Notes under the pieces: model-generated
The model's input: only the letters and a program-made list of their open reading frames with translations
Told to the model about the DNA's origin: nothing
The model's database searches: none
Translations under genes and position numbers: made by a program
From: an uncultured virus (IMG/VR IMGVR_UViG_3300022845_000001)
Lineage: Duplodnaviria > Heunggongvirae > Uroviricota > Caudoviricetes
DNA length: 64,000 bases
Reading direction: 5' to 3' (one strand)
Virus record (IMG/VR): IMGVR_UViG_3300022845_000001
Shown: positions 16,314 to 27,356 of the stretch, in pieces
Position numbering within the stretch: the first letter of the stretch is position 1
Layout: each line of letters starts with the position of its first letter

Positions 16314-17357
16314 ATGGGAATTGATATTGATCAGATTTTAAGGGATAGAGGAGTTAAAGATAATGAGGCTGACACATTAGTTGAAGATGCTCCTGTTGAA
16401 GAAACAGTTATTGAGGACACGCCATCAAGTGATACTCCTAATGAAGACCCTGTTGAAAAAGCAGATACTCCAAAAGAAGACCCTATTAAAGAAGATAGAT
16501 TTCCAGAAGATAGGTTCAATGGAAAATTTAAAAATTGGGATGAAGTAAACTCAAGCATAGAAGAGTTAGAACAACTAAGGGCAAAAGAGCCTGAGAATCC
16601 ATTTAAAGATGATTATATTAAAAAGGTTGTTGATGCGTACAACCAAAAAGGAGACTTAAAAGACTTCTTTAAAGCTCACGCTGTCAACTGGAAAGAAATG
16701 GCAGCAGAAGATGTTCTTAAAGAGGCTTTCAAAGATAAGTATAGCGGTATTGATAAAAAGCATATCAATAGACTATGGGATAAGGAGAAGGAGAAGTATG
16801 ACCTTGATTCTGATGACGATGATGACATTGAATTAGGAAAAGCATTAATGGAAAGAGATGCTAATGAAATAAGGGAACAAAGAGTAAAAGATCAGGAGGG
16901 GTATCTTCAGGTAGAGCCAAAAGTGGAAACACCTAAATACACCCCAGAACAAATAAGAGAATCAATTAAAAGAATACCAGAGGTAGACACGTTCTTAAAA
17001 GATAAGAGCATAACGTACAAGATTGGTGATGAAGATTTTAAATTAGCAGTGAAAGACTCTAATTTTATTCTTGAAGCCTTGGCTGACGATAGAGTTCTTA
17101 TTAATAAGTTCATTAAAGCAGATGGGAATCATGATATAAAAGGGTTTATTGATGTAGTGAATTATGCAAATGATCCAGAAGGAGTGCGAAAGGCATGGTC
17201 TGATCATAGCAAAACACTTGGAAAGACTGAGATAATCGACCAAGACTACAAAAACACAACTCTTAAAGGTCAGCCCAATACTGATAAAAATGCCGAGGTA
17301 CCTTTTAATGAAGGACTAGCAAAAGCCTTCGCCACAAAACATAAAAGCAAGAAATAA
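16314..17357 (+). CDS. putative capsid scaffolding protein
   Basis: Acidic low-complexity N-terminus, helical, between portal and capsid genes. Confidence 0.65.
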   Translation: MGIDIDQILRDRGVKDNEADTLVEDAPVEETVIEDTPSSDTPNEDPVEKADTPKEDPIKEDRFPEDRFNGKFKNWDEVNSSIEELEQLRAKEPENPFKDDYIKKVVDAYNQKGDLKDFFKAHAVNWKEMAAEDVLKEAFKDKYSGIDKKHINRLWDKEKEKYDLDSDDDDDIELGKALMERDANEIREQRVKDQEGYLQVEPKVETPKYTPEQIRESIKRIPEVDTFLKDKSITYKIGDEDFKLAVKDSNFILEALADDRVLINKFIKADGNHDIKGFIDVVNYANDPEGVRKAWSDHSKTLGKTEIIDQDYKNTTLKGQPNTDKNAEVPFNEGLAKAFATKHKSKK

Positions 17358-17359
17358 AA

Positions 17360-18691
17360 ATGGAAACAGGCATATTAAATAGGCAATTTGTATCTGAACT
17401 GGCCTTCATGGATCAGAGAGAGATACTAAAAGACGTTTTGGACATCTACGATGAGATGAACCAGATCGTAGATATTATGGAAATGACAGATAAATATGTC
17501 CCAACATCACAGGATGTATATAATCTGCATGTGAATACTAGACTTAGCGCAACCGCAGAAGTAGCAGGAGCAGAAGCAGCACCAGCAGCAGGAGATGCCA
17601 CTGACATTGTACTAACATCTGGATCTGTTAAACCTAGAGTGGGTGATGTGATGCTTACTCCCGGTAGATACAGGGCTTATGTAGATGCTATATCAAGTAA
17701 TACTATTACTGTAAAACCAGTAAATGAAGATCTTATAGCTCACGAAGCCTTCTCAGGTGGAGAAGATATATCTTTCTTCTCAAACGCTTATGGTGAAGGT
17801 TCTGGTGTAGAAGACGGGTATATTTATCCAACATCTGATCAATCAAACAATATCCAGATTATAAAAGGGTCTTTTTCAGTAACCGACCTAGAGGCTACCA
17901 ACATGGTAGAGGTGGAGTTTGAGGGGCAACCTTACTACATGATTAAAGGATCAGGAGATGCTTTTAATAGGTTTAGGCTTGATGTAGCCTTTGCTTTGAT
18001 ATTTGGAGAGAGATCAAAAGGATTGACTAATACCGCTACTGGTAAGAACATTCCAATGACTCATGGTTTAGAGAAATCTGTACGAGAGCATGGTACACAA
18101 CTTCCTTTGGATATTACTAGTACTAAAGCAGATTTTGAGGATGATTTCTATGCCTTTAATAGAGCATTAGATCAAGCAAGAGGGCCGAAAGAATATTGGA
18201 TGTGGAACGGGCCTGATGTGAATAATTTCTTTGATGATTGGTTGGCTACTAAAGAAGGCTTGAAAGCTGGTGGTATCGTTTATAATTCCTTTAATGGAAA
18301 AGACGGGAAAGACAGATCTGTACAGTGGGGATTTGATTCCTTTAAGATTTGGGGAAGAACATGGCATAAGAAACCTTTAGACGCTTTTGATAACGTCAAG
18401 GTGACCGCAGCCGCAGGATATAGCTATCCGTCTTGTTCTATGATGATTCCAATGAACAAGGTTTTGGTAGATCATAGCACGGGTATGGTTGATAGGTTTA
18501 GGATTCGATACAAAGAGGCTCCAAAAGGCCAAAGACTTGGATTGAATAACACTAAAGAATACTACGAAGTAGTTGATGGTGGTCTTTCCATGAATCAAAC
18601 AAATCACGAGATGAAAATGAAGGTATCTTGGAATACTTGGCAAGGTGCTGAGTTCACAGGATTGGAACATTTCGCTATAAATACATTCTAG
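17360..18691 (+). CDS. major capsid protein
   Basis: 443 aa; NNIQIIK, FALIFGE, THGL motifs; position; followed by terminator. Confidence 0.88.
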   Translation: METGILNRQFVSELAFMDQREILKDVLDIYDEMNQIVDIMEMTDKYVPTSQDVYNLHVNTRLSATAEVAGAEAAPAAGDATDIVLTSGSVKPRVGDVMLTPGRYRAYVDAISSNTITVKPVNEDLIAHEAFSGGEDISFFSNAYGEGSGVEDGYIYPTSDQSNNIQIIKGSFSVTDLEATNMVEVEFEGQPYYMIKGSGDAFNRFRLDVAFALIFGERSKGLTNTATGKNIPMTHGLEKSVREHGTQLPLDITSTKADFEDDFYAFNRALDQARGPKEYWMWNGPDVNNFFDDWLATKEGLKAGGIVYNSFNGKDGKDRSVQWGFDSFKIWGRTWHKKPLDAFDNVKVTAAAGYSYPSCSMMIPMNKVLVDHSTGMVDRFRIRYKEAPKGQRLGLNNTKEYYEVVDGGLSMNQTNHEMKMKVSWNTWQGAEFTGLEHFAINTF

Positions 18692-18696
18692 CAAAA

Positions 18697-18731
18697 GAGG
18701 GGTAGTTGGTTCTACCCCTCATTTAAATTTT
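18697..18731 (+). terminator. intrinsic terminator after capsid gene
   Basis: GAGGGGTAG-TTGGTT-CTACCCCTC followed by AT-rich tail. Confidence 0.7.
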
Positions 18732-18735
18732 AAAT

Positions 18736-19620
18736 ATGAATAACTATCCAGAATTAATTAATGAAAATGGAAAAGTAGATTGGACTACTAGACCTAGGCA
18801 ACTCAAGGTGGGTGAAAAGGTGGAATATGAGTTGATAAACATAGGGAAAAGCGCATTAGACACAACCGGAAAAACACTTGCAATGCCAGAAAGATTTGGC
18901 ATTAAGAAAAAAGACACTGTTAGAATCTCTTATCCTGATAAAGCTAAAAAAGAAATGGCTAAAGATGGAGATAATAGAGAGGTTGAGTATATTGAAATTG
19001 GGTACCAGCCCGGGATAAGAACTGAGGTTATTCAATTCATGAAAGCTTCAGCAGGAGTTCTTACAATTATCGGTGGATCTTCAAAGAATCAAGAAAAGTT
19101 TGAGTTTCTGGAATCCTGTAATGAAAATGAATCAAACCCAAATAGAAATACTGAGGTACAGGCTAGGTTTGCGCTAATTAATAATAAAGAAAAAGCAAGA
19201 ATAGCTAGAAGTATAAGGAAAGAAAAAAGAACGGCAGCTAACAAAGCTGAGAATCTAAAAATCAATGAATTATATAGAGTAGCTATTGGTATTGGGTATC
19301 TTGAGCCTGATAAAATGGAAGAAGAAGCATTAAGAGATGTAATAGAATCCTATGCAGAGGCCAATCCAATTGAATTCTTGACTAAAGTAGAAAATCCTGA
19401 CTTAGTAATTCAAGAGATTGCTATTACAGCAAAAAACAAAGGTTTTATTGATGTAAACATGCAGAAGAGAGCTATACTTGGCAGTAATGGAGAAACGTTA
19501 CATACGTGGTCACCAGAAAAAGATGCCAAATGGCCTGAAAAGTTTGTTGAATTTGTAAAATCTAAAGAAGGAGAGAAGTTTTATTCTTCCTTGAAAGACC
19601 AAATGAAAATTAGCAGCTAA
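18736..19620 (+). CDS. conserved capsid-module protein
   Basis: Follows MCP as in crAss-like gene order; FEFLES..N and YAEANPIEFL motifs. Confidence 0.65.
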   Translation: MNNYPELINENGKVDWTTRPRQLKVGEKVEYELINIGKSALDTTGKTLAMPERFGIKKKDTVRISYPDKAKKEMAKDGDNREVEYIEIGYQPGIRTEVIQFMKASAGVLTIIGGSSKNQEKFEFLESCNENESNPNRNTEVQARFALINNKEKARIARSIRKEKRTAANKAENLKINELYRVAIGIGYLEPDKMEEEALRDVIESYAEANPIEFLTKVENPDLVIQEIAITAKNKGFIDVNMQKRAILGSNGETLHTWSPEKDAKWPEKFVEFVKSKEGEKFYSSLKDQMKISS

Positions 19621-20658
19621 ATGGCAATCGCAAGGAAAAGACAACCCCTCTGGCAAGTTGAGGAAATTCTATACGAGAACCTGTTGGATAAACCGACTTC
19701 TTGGGAGAGCCTTGGATTGTCAGGGACTTTTCCTTTCGTGAACTATGATGCTGTTCAAGAATTAACAGACGATCAAAAGTTACAAGCCAGAGAGAATATA
19801 GGAGCCACCGGGACATCACATGACCCATTAACATTAGGAGAGAGCAAGAACGGCCTTTCTTTGGCAGGACAAGTGCTTTCTAACGCTCTAGCTACTAATG
19901 ATGCAAGTGGAGCCATGTCAAGCGCAGACAAGCTTAAAATGACTGGTGGTGACATATTAGTCAGTGACGGTGTAAGCGCAACAGGAACTCTTACTGGCAG
20001 GCTATTATCAGAAGGAGACGTAACCTTTAAAGTAGACGCTACTGTTTTAAGAGTAAGTGGAGATCAGACTATTTTAGGACTCAAAAGCACAAGGCGTTTC
20101 GGGGCAAATGATGGGAGTACTGCTCAAATAGTAAAGCGTTATGAGGTAGATTCAGCTAATCTATATAAGCTAGATTTGGTGAACACTCAAAATGTTCAAT
20201 CTGCAGCAGGGGAGGTACAATGGTTTTATAGCTATACCTCTAATACTGGCGCAGGAAGTCCTAAGTCAAGAGACATGATAGGCTTTACTAGAGGCGGCAT
20301 TACAGTGTTTGGAGGTAGAAGATTACCTACCACCTATTATGATACAGTTGTAACAGATGAAGGGTCTAATACAGGAACTCCAAGTTACCGATATCCAATG
20401 AGGCAATATTCTTACGGTATATCTCAATTTGAGACAGGTATTATTGTAGGAACAGACGCTATAAGGGTATCTAAAATAACAGGAGATACCAAGCTATTTG
20501 TGGAAGGAGCAATAAGAACAACTTCACCCGACGATGGTACAGAAGCTTCTATATTTATGGGAGAATACACAGTTACGGCAGACGGAGCATCTGACATTAG
20601 GTGGAGAGTAAAAGTTGGAGATAAAGTAATTGATTTATTAGGAGTAGAAGTAATATGA
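19621..20658 (+). CDS. putative fibre/structural protein
   Basis: QELTDDQKLQARENIG and ASGAMSSADKLK fibre-type repeats. Confidence 0.65.
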   Translation: MAIARKRQPLWQVEEILYENLLDKPTSWESLGLSGTFPFVNYDAVQELTDDQKLQARENIGATGTSHDPLTLGESKNGLSLAGQVLSNALATNDASGAMSSADKLKMTGGDILVSDGVSATGTLTGRLLSEGDVTFKVDATVLRVSGDQTILGLKSTRRFGANDGSTAQIVKRYEVDSANLYKLDLVNTQNVQSAAGEVQWFYSYTSNTGAGSPKSRDMIGFTRGGITVFGGRRLPTTYYDTVVTDEGSNTGTPSYRYPMRQYSYGISQFETGIIVGTDAIRVSKITGDTKLFVEGAIRTTSPDDGTEASIFMGEYTVTADGASDIRWRVKVGDKVIDLLGVEVI

Positions 20659-20795
20659 AAGAGTTAAGCGTACTTATTGATTTGATAAATAAACTTTTGG
20701 CTTTAGGGTACATGAATGAGGCAGAGAAATACGCAGCAGATGAATCTATAACAAAGTTAAAAGAGCAACTAAAAGAACATGACACCACAGTTTAA
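20655..20795 (+). CDS. 46-aa hypothetical protein
   Basis: MKELSVLIDL...; overlaps both neighbours. Confidence 0.5.
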   Translation: MKELSVLIDLINKLLALGYMNEAEKYAADESITKLKEQLKEHDTTV

Positions 20796-23700
20796 TATAA
20801 GGTTTTCTATTGATAGGGTTAATGATGAACTGAACCTTATATTAACTGATACCTCTGACTATACAGGAGTAGCTACTTATTATGGTTTTTACAAAATAAT
20901 TTATCCTGATAGTGTAGTAGTAGAAAATACTGATGTAGATAACCCTGATTTTGAAAATGGTGTTGCAATTACAACCATACCATTACGATTAAGGCAAGGA
21001 ATAATTCAAGGAGAGTTCTCTATAACTCAGAAGTCATACACGGATATTGGTGACTATGAATTAGAAAAGGTATTCACATTATCATTTTCCGAGCCGTCAC
21101 TTATAATGAGTGACAATTCTAATTTGGTTACTCCAAGTGTTTCCTTTTTAGACATAACACAGTACGTTAATTCTGGTTACAATCCTAGTGTAACCAGAGT
21201 AATTGAGTGTAAATTCCCGACAACAACTACTGTAACGGACACAATCACCACTACTTCAAATGAAATATTCATGCTCAAGGACGGGAAGTCTTATGAGGGT
21301 GTATATACGCCAAAATTGACATCTACTGCTTTATTCACGGCAGATGAACATGAGGTACAATGGATACAAGAAAAGTCATTCGAGTTTGATATAAGAGCTT
21401 TTATAGCCATTAGTCAACTTATTATAGAAATAGATAAGGTAAAAGATAGGCTTGATAACTCAAAAGGAAACGAAAGGGAGTTGATGGATGATTACTTTAT
21501 GGTAACTTCCTTATACACTCAACTTTTAGCCAATTGGGGAGACGGGATATATAATGATATTGCTGTAACTGCATCAACTGTAAATACATTAGCATTAGAG
21601 GCAGCAGCATCAGCTCTAGAAGCTTTAAATTCAGCATCAGAGGCAAGTACCTCAGAATCTAATGCTTCGACTTCTGCTGGCGTGGCAACAACTCAGGCTG
21701 GATTGGCTGAAAACTCCAAAGATGAAATAATAGCATCATTGGACTTGGTTCCCGGAAAAAATAAATTTGATAAATCAACAATAAGGGTAGGGAAATACTA
21801 CTCCCCTAGTAATAATGACATAAGAACGTCTTCCTCTTATAGATGCTCAGATTTTATTCCCGTCACACCGGGGCAAAATGTTTCTGTACAAGGCGCACAA
21901 ACAGGTATGAATATTGGATGGTTAAGTTCTGATAGTGATGGATCTGGAATAGGGACTAATTCAGGTTCAGGCACATCATCAGGTATCACCTTTACGGCTC
22001 CTTCTGGGGCTAATTACTTAGTGTTGAATATTACAAATGAAGGGCAGGATGTAACTACCTATGACGATACTATTCAAATAGAATTTAGTGCTTCAGTTAC
22101 CGTATATGAGCCTTATGAACTCATAGTGCCACAACACAAAGTTAGTTTATTAGTAACAGATTTAGCCGAAAAGGTTAGAGGTACATATTTATTTGATTCA
22201 AAGTCAAAAAACCTTATTGATCCGGAAAAAATAAATTACATAAAAAGGTATAGCGAAGCTGCTAGGCGATTAGTTAACGATACTATAGGTATTGCTGCTA
22301 GTGATTATATCCCGATAGTAGAAGGTAAGATTTACACCATTAGCGGCCTTGGTACTTATGGGATATCAGACATTCAGGGTGGGTTTTTTGACTCTTATGG
22401 AGCTATCGTTTCAATAATGAATATAGAAGAGAAAAGCTTTTCTGGAACCTCTACATCATTTCAGATACCTATAGATCTTGGTATTACGCATTTAGTTATT
22501 TCTCTAAAAAAATTAGGATTAAATTCAGGGGCGACTTCTTTAGATGGAAATGTTCAATTAGAGCTTGGTAATTCAGCTACCACATATACACCTTATGAGT
22601 TAAAAGATGAAATTAAACCTGCATTAATTAATTTTCCAGAAACCTCAATTGACGCTGAATTATGGTATAAATATACAGAGGGCGAAGCATTCAGGTCTAA
22701 TATTCTAAAAACCAAGTCTCCTATTTTCTGGAAAAACTGGTTAAAAAGAGATAAGGATCTAATGGTAGTGAATACAGGCACATCGTTAACGGCAAGGACA
22801 ACCGAGCATTGCACATTAAAGGAGGACGCCGACCATAGACCTCCATTATTCCAAAGTAATAATATGGCATCAATTCTTTGGGATAAAATGAAATGGGATA
22901 GCCAGACTTATAGAAGATATGATTTTGCCAGTTTTTTCACGGAATTAAAAACAGGGTTTACCACAGCAAGTAACGTTGCTCAGTGGGATGATGGCACATA
23001 TAGAAAGGGGTTAACTAGGTATACCGATATTGCTGAATTAGGAAATTTTATTTCCTTCGATATACCTATTAATGCATTTCAATTTAATTACATATTTAGG
23101 ACAGATAGTTTAGGATCAACACAAGTTCGAGTTAAAATAACAGAGGGGAATGAACAAGTTGAAGTTCTTGATCCATCAGATGATACATGGAAAGAAGCTA
23201 ATAACTTTGATTTCTCCATGAGAGAATCAGCACCTGTTTCAAGGGTTGTTTCAGTCCCTCAGCCTTCTAGTGGCACCTTTGTAAATAGAACAATTCCTTC
23301 CAAGGGAAATACAACATATCAAAAAAGGCTTAAATTGAGATGCAAAAGCGGGTCTATTGATAGTAGGACAACATCTAAAACAATCACCCTAGAAAAAATA
23401 ACATCTGGAAGGTTTTTATATTGGGGCGTAGAATATAGCTCCCGTGAATTCATGATTACATACGTTAATGCCGCTAGAGGTAGTCACAACACACAAGCCG
23501 ATGCAACTAATGGACTTCCTAAATTTGCGGATAACGAAGTTTGGGGTTTTAAGCCTGACTTAATGTTTTTTGAACTCCCTATTCACAACGATGGGGCATC
23601 AGGAGCGGGAGCCTACACCGCTGGCTATTGGGGGAGGTTAACAAATAATTATATTTTCAACGCTTCTTATGAATTATCATTTATAACTAGAAGTGAATTT

Positions 23701-24063
23701 CTTAATTCATACGTGCCTGAAATGATTACTTTTACAAGTTCCATCTCTTGGAATTTTAACGGGATAAACGAAGATGGAACTCTGAAAATAGGAGAGCAAA
23801 CAGGAGGTAAAATGATGACTGCGCTGGATAAATACAATGAGGCAGTACAATGGTTAGAAGAAAACCATGACGCAGATATTGGCGTAATAAATTCGGTAAA
23901 GAGGTGGGTAGATGCTGGATTTGCCATTTTTGGAGATCTGAAAACAGCGACTTTAGGCTCAGGAACAGGGGGTAGCACATTTACTAATGAAGGCTCACAC
24001 TGGAATGATACAGGTAGTAAAATTATAGCAAAAACACTCACTGGCTTATTTGAATTTGATTAA
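20779..24063 (+). CDS. tail fibre/spike with Ala/Ser stalk, two repeated beta domains and SGNH-like C-terminus
   Basis: AAASALEA...SASEASTSESNAS stalk; two KN(K/L)xD...Q(I/L)E...YxPY repeats; GTS, NAARG, SHWND esterase-like blocks. Confidence 0.75.
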   Translation: MTPQFNIRFSIDRVNDELNLILTDTSDYTGVATYYGFYKIIYPDSVVVENTDVDNPDFENGVAITTIPLRLRQGIIQGEFSITQKSYTDIGDYELEKVFTLSFSEPSLIMSDNSNLVTPSVSFLDITQYVNSGYNPSVTRVIECKFPTTTTVTDTITTTSNEIFMLKDGKSYEGVYTPKLTSTALFTADEHEVQWIQEKSFEFDIRAFIAISQLIIEIDKVKDRLDNSKGNERELMDDYFMVTSLYTQLLANWGDGIYNDIAVTASTVNTLALEAAASALEALNSASEASTSESNASTSAGVATTQAGLAENSKDEIIASLDLVPGKNKFDKSTIRVGKYYSPSNNDIRTSSSYRCSDFIPVTPGQNVSVQGAQTGMNIGWLSSDSDGSGIGTNSGSGTSSGITFTAPSGANYLVLNITNEGQDVTTYDDTIQIEFSASVTVYEPYELIVPQHKVSLLVTDLAEKVRGTYLFDSKSKNLIDPEKINYIKRYSEAARRLVNDTIGIAASDYIPIVEGKIYTISGLGTYGISDIQGGFFDSYGAIVSIMNIEEKSFSGTSTSFQIPIDLGITHLVISLKKLGLNSGATSLDGNVQLELGNSATTYTPYELKDEIKPALINFPETSIDAELWYKYTEGEAFRSNILKTKSPIFWKNWLKRDKDLMVVNTGTSLTARTTEHCTLKEDADHRPPLFQSNNMASILWDKMKWDSQTYRRYDFASFFTELKTGFTTASNVAQWDDGTYRKGLTRYTDIAELGNFISFDIPINAFQFNYIFRTDSLGSTQVRVKITEGNEQVEVLDPSDDTWKEANNFDFSMRESAPVSRVVSVPQPSSGTFVNRTIPSKGNTTYQKRLKLRCKSGSIDSRTTSKTITLEKITSGRFLYWGVEYSSREFMITYVNAARGSHNTQADATNGLPKFADNEVWGFKPDLMFFELPIHNDGASGAGAYTAGYWGRLTNNYIFNASYELSFITRSEFLNSYVPEMITFTSSISWNFNGINEDGTLKIGEQTGGKMMTALDKYNEAVQWLEENHDADIGVINSVKRWVDAGFAIFGDLKTATLGSGTGGSTFTNEGSHWNDTGSKIIAKTLTGLFEFD

Positions 24064-24150
24064 ATGGAAAACTTAGAAACTCTAAAATGAAACAAGCAAC
24101 AGTAAAATAAACCTGTCATATACCACTAAAAAAATGTAATTTGTAAAGTT

Positions 24151-24918
24151 ATGAGTTCTTCAAGTCAATTATCTTTTGAGATTAAGAAAATATCGGACAA
24201 ACAAAGCTGTTCGGAAGAAGAATCATATATATACTCTCCAAATGCCTTTACGGCAGATGAAGGGATAAATGGTTATCCTTACATTGATCAAGTAATTTAT
24301 AGAGAGTGGACTAATGCTATAACTTTTAAGAACACTTCAACGGTATTTCAAAGAGTAGATGGAGAGATAAAGTGGTTTAAGAGTAAGGTAAATAACAACC
24401 TAAACAACCCCATATTCATTGAAGGGGTAATTAACGATGACTTTTGGGAGCCTGTCAATAACAACTCCGGAACAAATGTATTTGTTAAAGAATTTGTTTA
24501 TGGAGGTGGTGCGCAATCATTCACATTAGATGAATCCGTACTAAGTGTTTTAATAGTTACCTTAAACGGGAACGTATTAAAAAAGATTGACTTTTCTGTA
24601 ACAGGAACTGATTTAACTATTTTACCTCCAAATGAGATATCTGTAGGGTCAGAGATAACGGTTGTAGGGATTTACGGAACAGTGGTCGTAACGCCATCTG
24701 AAAATGAAGAAAGCTTATTTACTTGGAATACAGGCGATAGTTATACATTTGATGCATCATTTAACATACTCGAAGTAAAGCATTTATTTGTTCAAGGAAT
24801 AGACTACATAGAGAGTGAGCAATTTAACATTATAGCTGCATCAAACCAATTTGAAGTTATAAATACCATATTAGAAGATGGTGATAAGTTAAGATTGGTT
24901 TACATAAAAAACGTATAA
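24151..24918 (+). CDS. putative structural protein
   Basis: Repeated small Ig-like units (VTLNG, LFVQG, LEDGDKL). Confidence 0.6.
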   Translation: MSSSSQLSFEIKKISDKQSCSEEESYIYSPNAFTADEGINGYPYIDQVIYREWTNAITFKNTSTVFQRVDGEIKWFKSKVNNNLNNPIFIEGVINDDFWEPVNNNSGTNVFVKEFVYGGGAQSFTLDESVLSVLIVTLNGNVLKKIDFSVTGTDLTILPPNEISVGSEITVVGIYGTVVVTPSENEESLFTWNTGDSYTFDASFNILEVKHLFVQGIDYIESEQFNIIAASNQFEVINTILEDGDKLRLVYIKNV

Positions 24919-24919
24919 C

Positions 24920-27292
24920 ATGGCTATTTCACAAGAGGAACATAGATTATCAGAAGGAAGCTTAAAGAAGGTAGCTTCTTTTAAGGGTATTTTCGCAACT
25001 AAGACAGCCCTTGATGCTATAGATGGTGGTGATGATCCTATCAATTTACCCCTAGCTATAGCAGGATCTACATTGTATGTTTGGGATTTTGATGCCCAAA
25101 TCTGGGATGAAGTAAGCGGTGGAGGAAATATTATTCCTGATGGAGTTATACAAATAGGGGAGTCCTCATTTTTAGCAAACAATTTAACGGTTGACGGTTC
25201 TACTACCTCATGGATGTGGAAAATAGGTGCTACTTATGAAAATATCACTTCCGAAGTTTTCGCAATAACACCACCGGGTTCTGGAACATTTAGATTTGAT
25301 ACTATAGTTGGGAATAACTCAGGAAATTACCAATTAGTAACCGGAACTGCAAATTCAACAGAGGCTAGTGCTATAATTCCTAATGACCCTGCTAATACAA
25401 TAGGATTGGTATACATTCTATCAAATGATACAGGTATTCAGAGTGTAGTTGATTTTGCAGAATCATCTTTTGTGGAATTTAATACCAATTCTCAGGGACT
25501 AACTCCTCTTCAACGTGCAAATGCAAGAAATAACATTCAAGCATTGAGTAAAGATACTAATGATGAAAGAACTGGAACTTTAACTCAAAATGGTTTTTTT
25601 GATTTGCTAGGATCATTTCGTCAAGTAGGAAACTCACATCATGTTACTTTCAACAACGATACTCACTCTCAGACAGCATTTTCTATAAAAAACAATAGAG
25701 CTACAGATCCGGGAGGTATTTTCATGACCCAGCGAGGCTCTATGATAATCAGGGCAAAAGGAGACTCATTAACAGACTATTATATAATTAGATACCAAGG
25801 ATCAGACGCAGTACAAAGAGTTGAAATTAATAACAATGGTATTTTCGCAGAACAAAGGAGCGCAGCAGAAAAATACCTAACCAGAAAAGACGAATTATAC
25901 CTTACCTACCCTACGACAATAGGTGGCACCGGAAAGCTAAACAACGTTGCTTTGCCCGACGGTATAGGGCAAATTGTCTTTGGGGCAGATGTTACTGAGG
26001 TTTCTGGAATAAACGCAAATACAGACGGAAAGGAAACAACGATATGGACTGAAAACGAATCAGGACTAATATTGACGGGTCAAGATACTGATTCATTAGC
26101 CGACAACAGGTTTTTAAGGGAAGTAACCGTCCTTTACCGTAGGCCAGCTAAAATTCATTTTGAAATAACAGGATCATTAAATAGGTGGGTTCAGATTAGC
26201 GGTGCAGATGTTCAAGACTTTAATCCAGATCAATTTGAAATAAACGATTCAAGTGGAGAGTTTCAGGTATTATTAGATTCAGATCCAACAGAGGACTCTT
26301 TACGATTTATCAACTCAGGTGACTTATACACATATCTTCTTAGTTTTACTTCTTACAACGCTTTAGCACCGGGCTACAATACTACATTAACCCAAACCAC
26401 AGATACCAGAAACGGGAGCTTTCGTAAGGTATTAGGTAGAAATGGTTACTTCTATGCTATATATAGCGCAGGGGCAACGGATAGGTTTTTCATATCTAAG
26501 GACGGATTAGTCTTCGTTACAGCAGGAACAACAGGTACGCTAGATTTTTCAGATTTTGATATTTCTGATACTGGTACAATAATATTAGTTGCCCGTGATG
26601 GTGGGACGGGCAATATTAGGAGGTCTATAGATGGGGGAATGACATTTTCAACTATTACCTCACCGGGTTCTTACGAACTGACAAGCGTTATATCCATAGG
26701 GGCTGGAAAATGGGCTTCATGTGCAAGGACAGGAGAAGTTATTTATTCTTCAGACGATGGAGCTACATGGGTAGCAGGCACCGTAACAGCACCAGCAGCA
26801 GGGTCTTATTCCTTTCAAGGTATAGGGTTTTCCAATGGTGATACCTATATATTTGCAGATGATGAAGAGGATAGATTTCAGATTTCTACTGATTTCGGAG
26901 CGATATATACGGCAAAAAACATACCTTTCACTAAAGAGTGGAGAAGATCTGTCTATTTTCTTGGAAACATAGTAGTATTTAGAGGCGGTTCGTACACTAG
27001 TGGATACATAGCGATATCTTCGGATAGAGGTGACACATGGGTGGAGAAATTAGTACCTACAGATAGCGCACAAGAACTTTCAGGAATAAATATAATAGGT
27101 AAATGGCTATACTTGTACGGGAGCGATGGGTATGTGATACGAACAGATGATTTGGATACTTATGAAGTAATTACTTCGGTAACGACTAATAAAATAAGTG
27201 GGATGGCGACAACTAATATTAACGGATACCCTGTAATTATGGCCGTTACAGACACGGGAACAAACGATAGAATTTTCAGCACTGCATTATGA
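24920..27292 (+). CDS. tail fibre with C-terminal Asp-box (BNR) beta-propeller
   Basis: SIDGGMTF, SSDDGATW, STDFGAIY, SSDRGDTW; QRANARNNI repeat. Confidence 0.78.
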   Translation: MAISQEEHRLSEGSLKKVASFKGIFATKTALDAIDGGDDPINLPLAIAGSTLYVWDFDAQIWDEVSGGGNIIPDGVIQIGESSFLANNLTVDGSTTSWMWKIGATYENITSEVFAITPPGSGTFRFDTIVGNNSGNYQLVTGTANSTEASAIIPNDPANTIGLVYILSNDTGIQSVVDFAESSFVEFNTNSQGLTPLQRANARNNIQALSKDTNDERTGTLTQNGFFDLLGSFRQVGNSHHVTFNNDTHSQTAFSIKNNRATDPGGIFMTQRGSMIIRAKGDSLTDYYIIRYQGSDAVQRVEINNNGIFAEQRSAAEKYLTRKDELYLTYPTTIGGTGKLNNVALPDGIGQIVFGADVTEVSGINANTDGKETTIWTENESGLILTGQDTDSLADNRFLREVTVLYRRPAKIHFEITGSLNRWVQISGADVQDFNPDQFEINDSSGEFQVLLDSDPTEDSLRFINSGDLYTYLLSFTSYNALAPGYNTTLTQTTDTRNGSFRKVLGRNGYFYAIYSAGATDRFFISKDGLVFVTAGTTGTLDFSDFDISDTGTIILVARDGGTGNIRRSIDGGMTFSTITSPGSYELTSVISIGAGKWASCARTGEVIYSSDDGATWVAGTVTAPAAGSYSFQGIGFSNGDTYIFADDEEDRFQISTDFGAIYTAKNIPFTKEWRRSVYFLGNIVVFRGGSYTSGYIAISSDRGDTWVEKLVPTDSAQELSGINIIGKWLYLYGSDGYVIRTDDLDTYEVITSVTTNKISGMATTNINGYPVIMAVTDTGTNDRIFSTAL

Positions 27293-27356
27293 TAGTAAAA
27301 ATACTTTTCCAAATATTAATATCCAGAATCAAAGAAATATTTAGCAAAAAATAGTT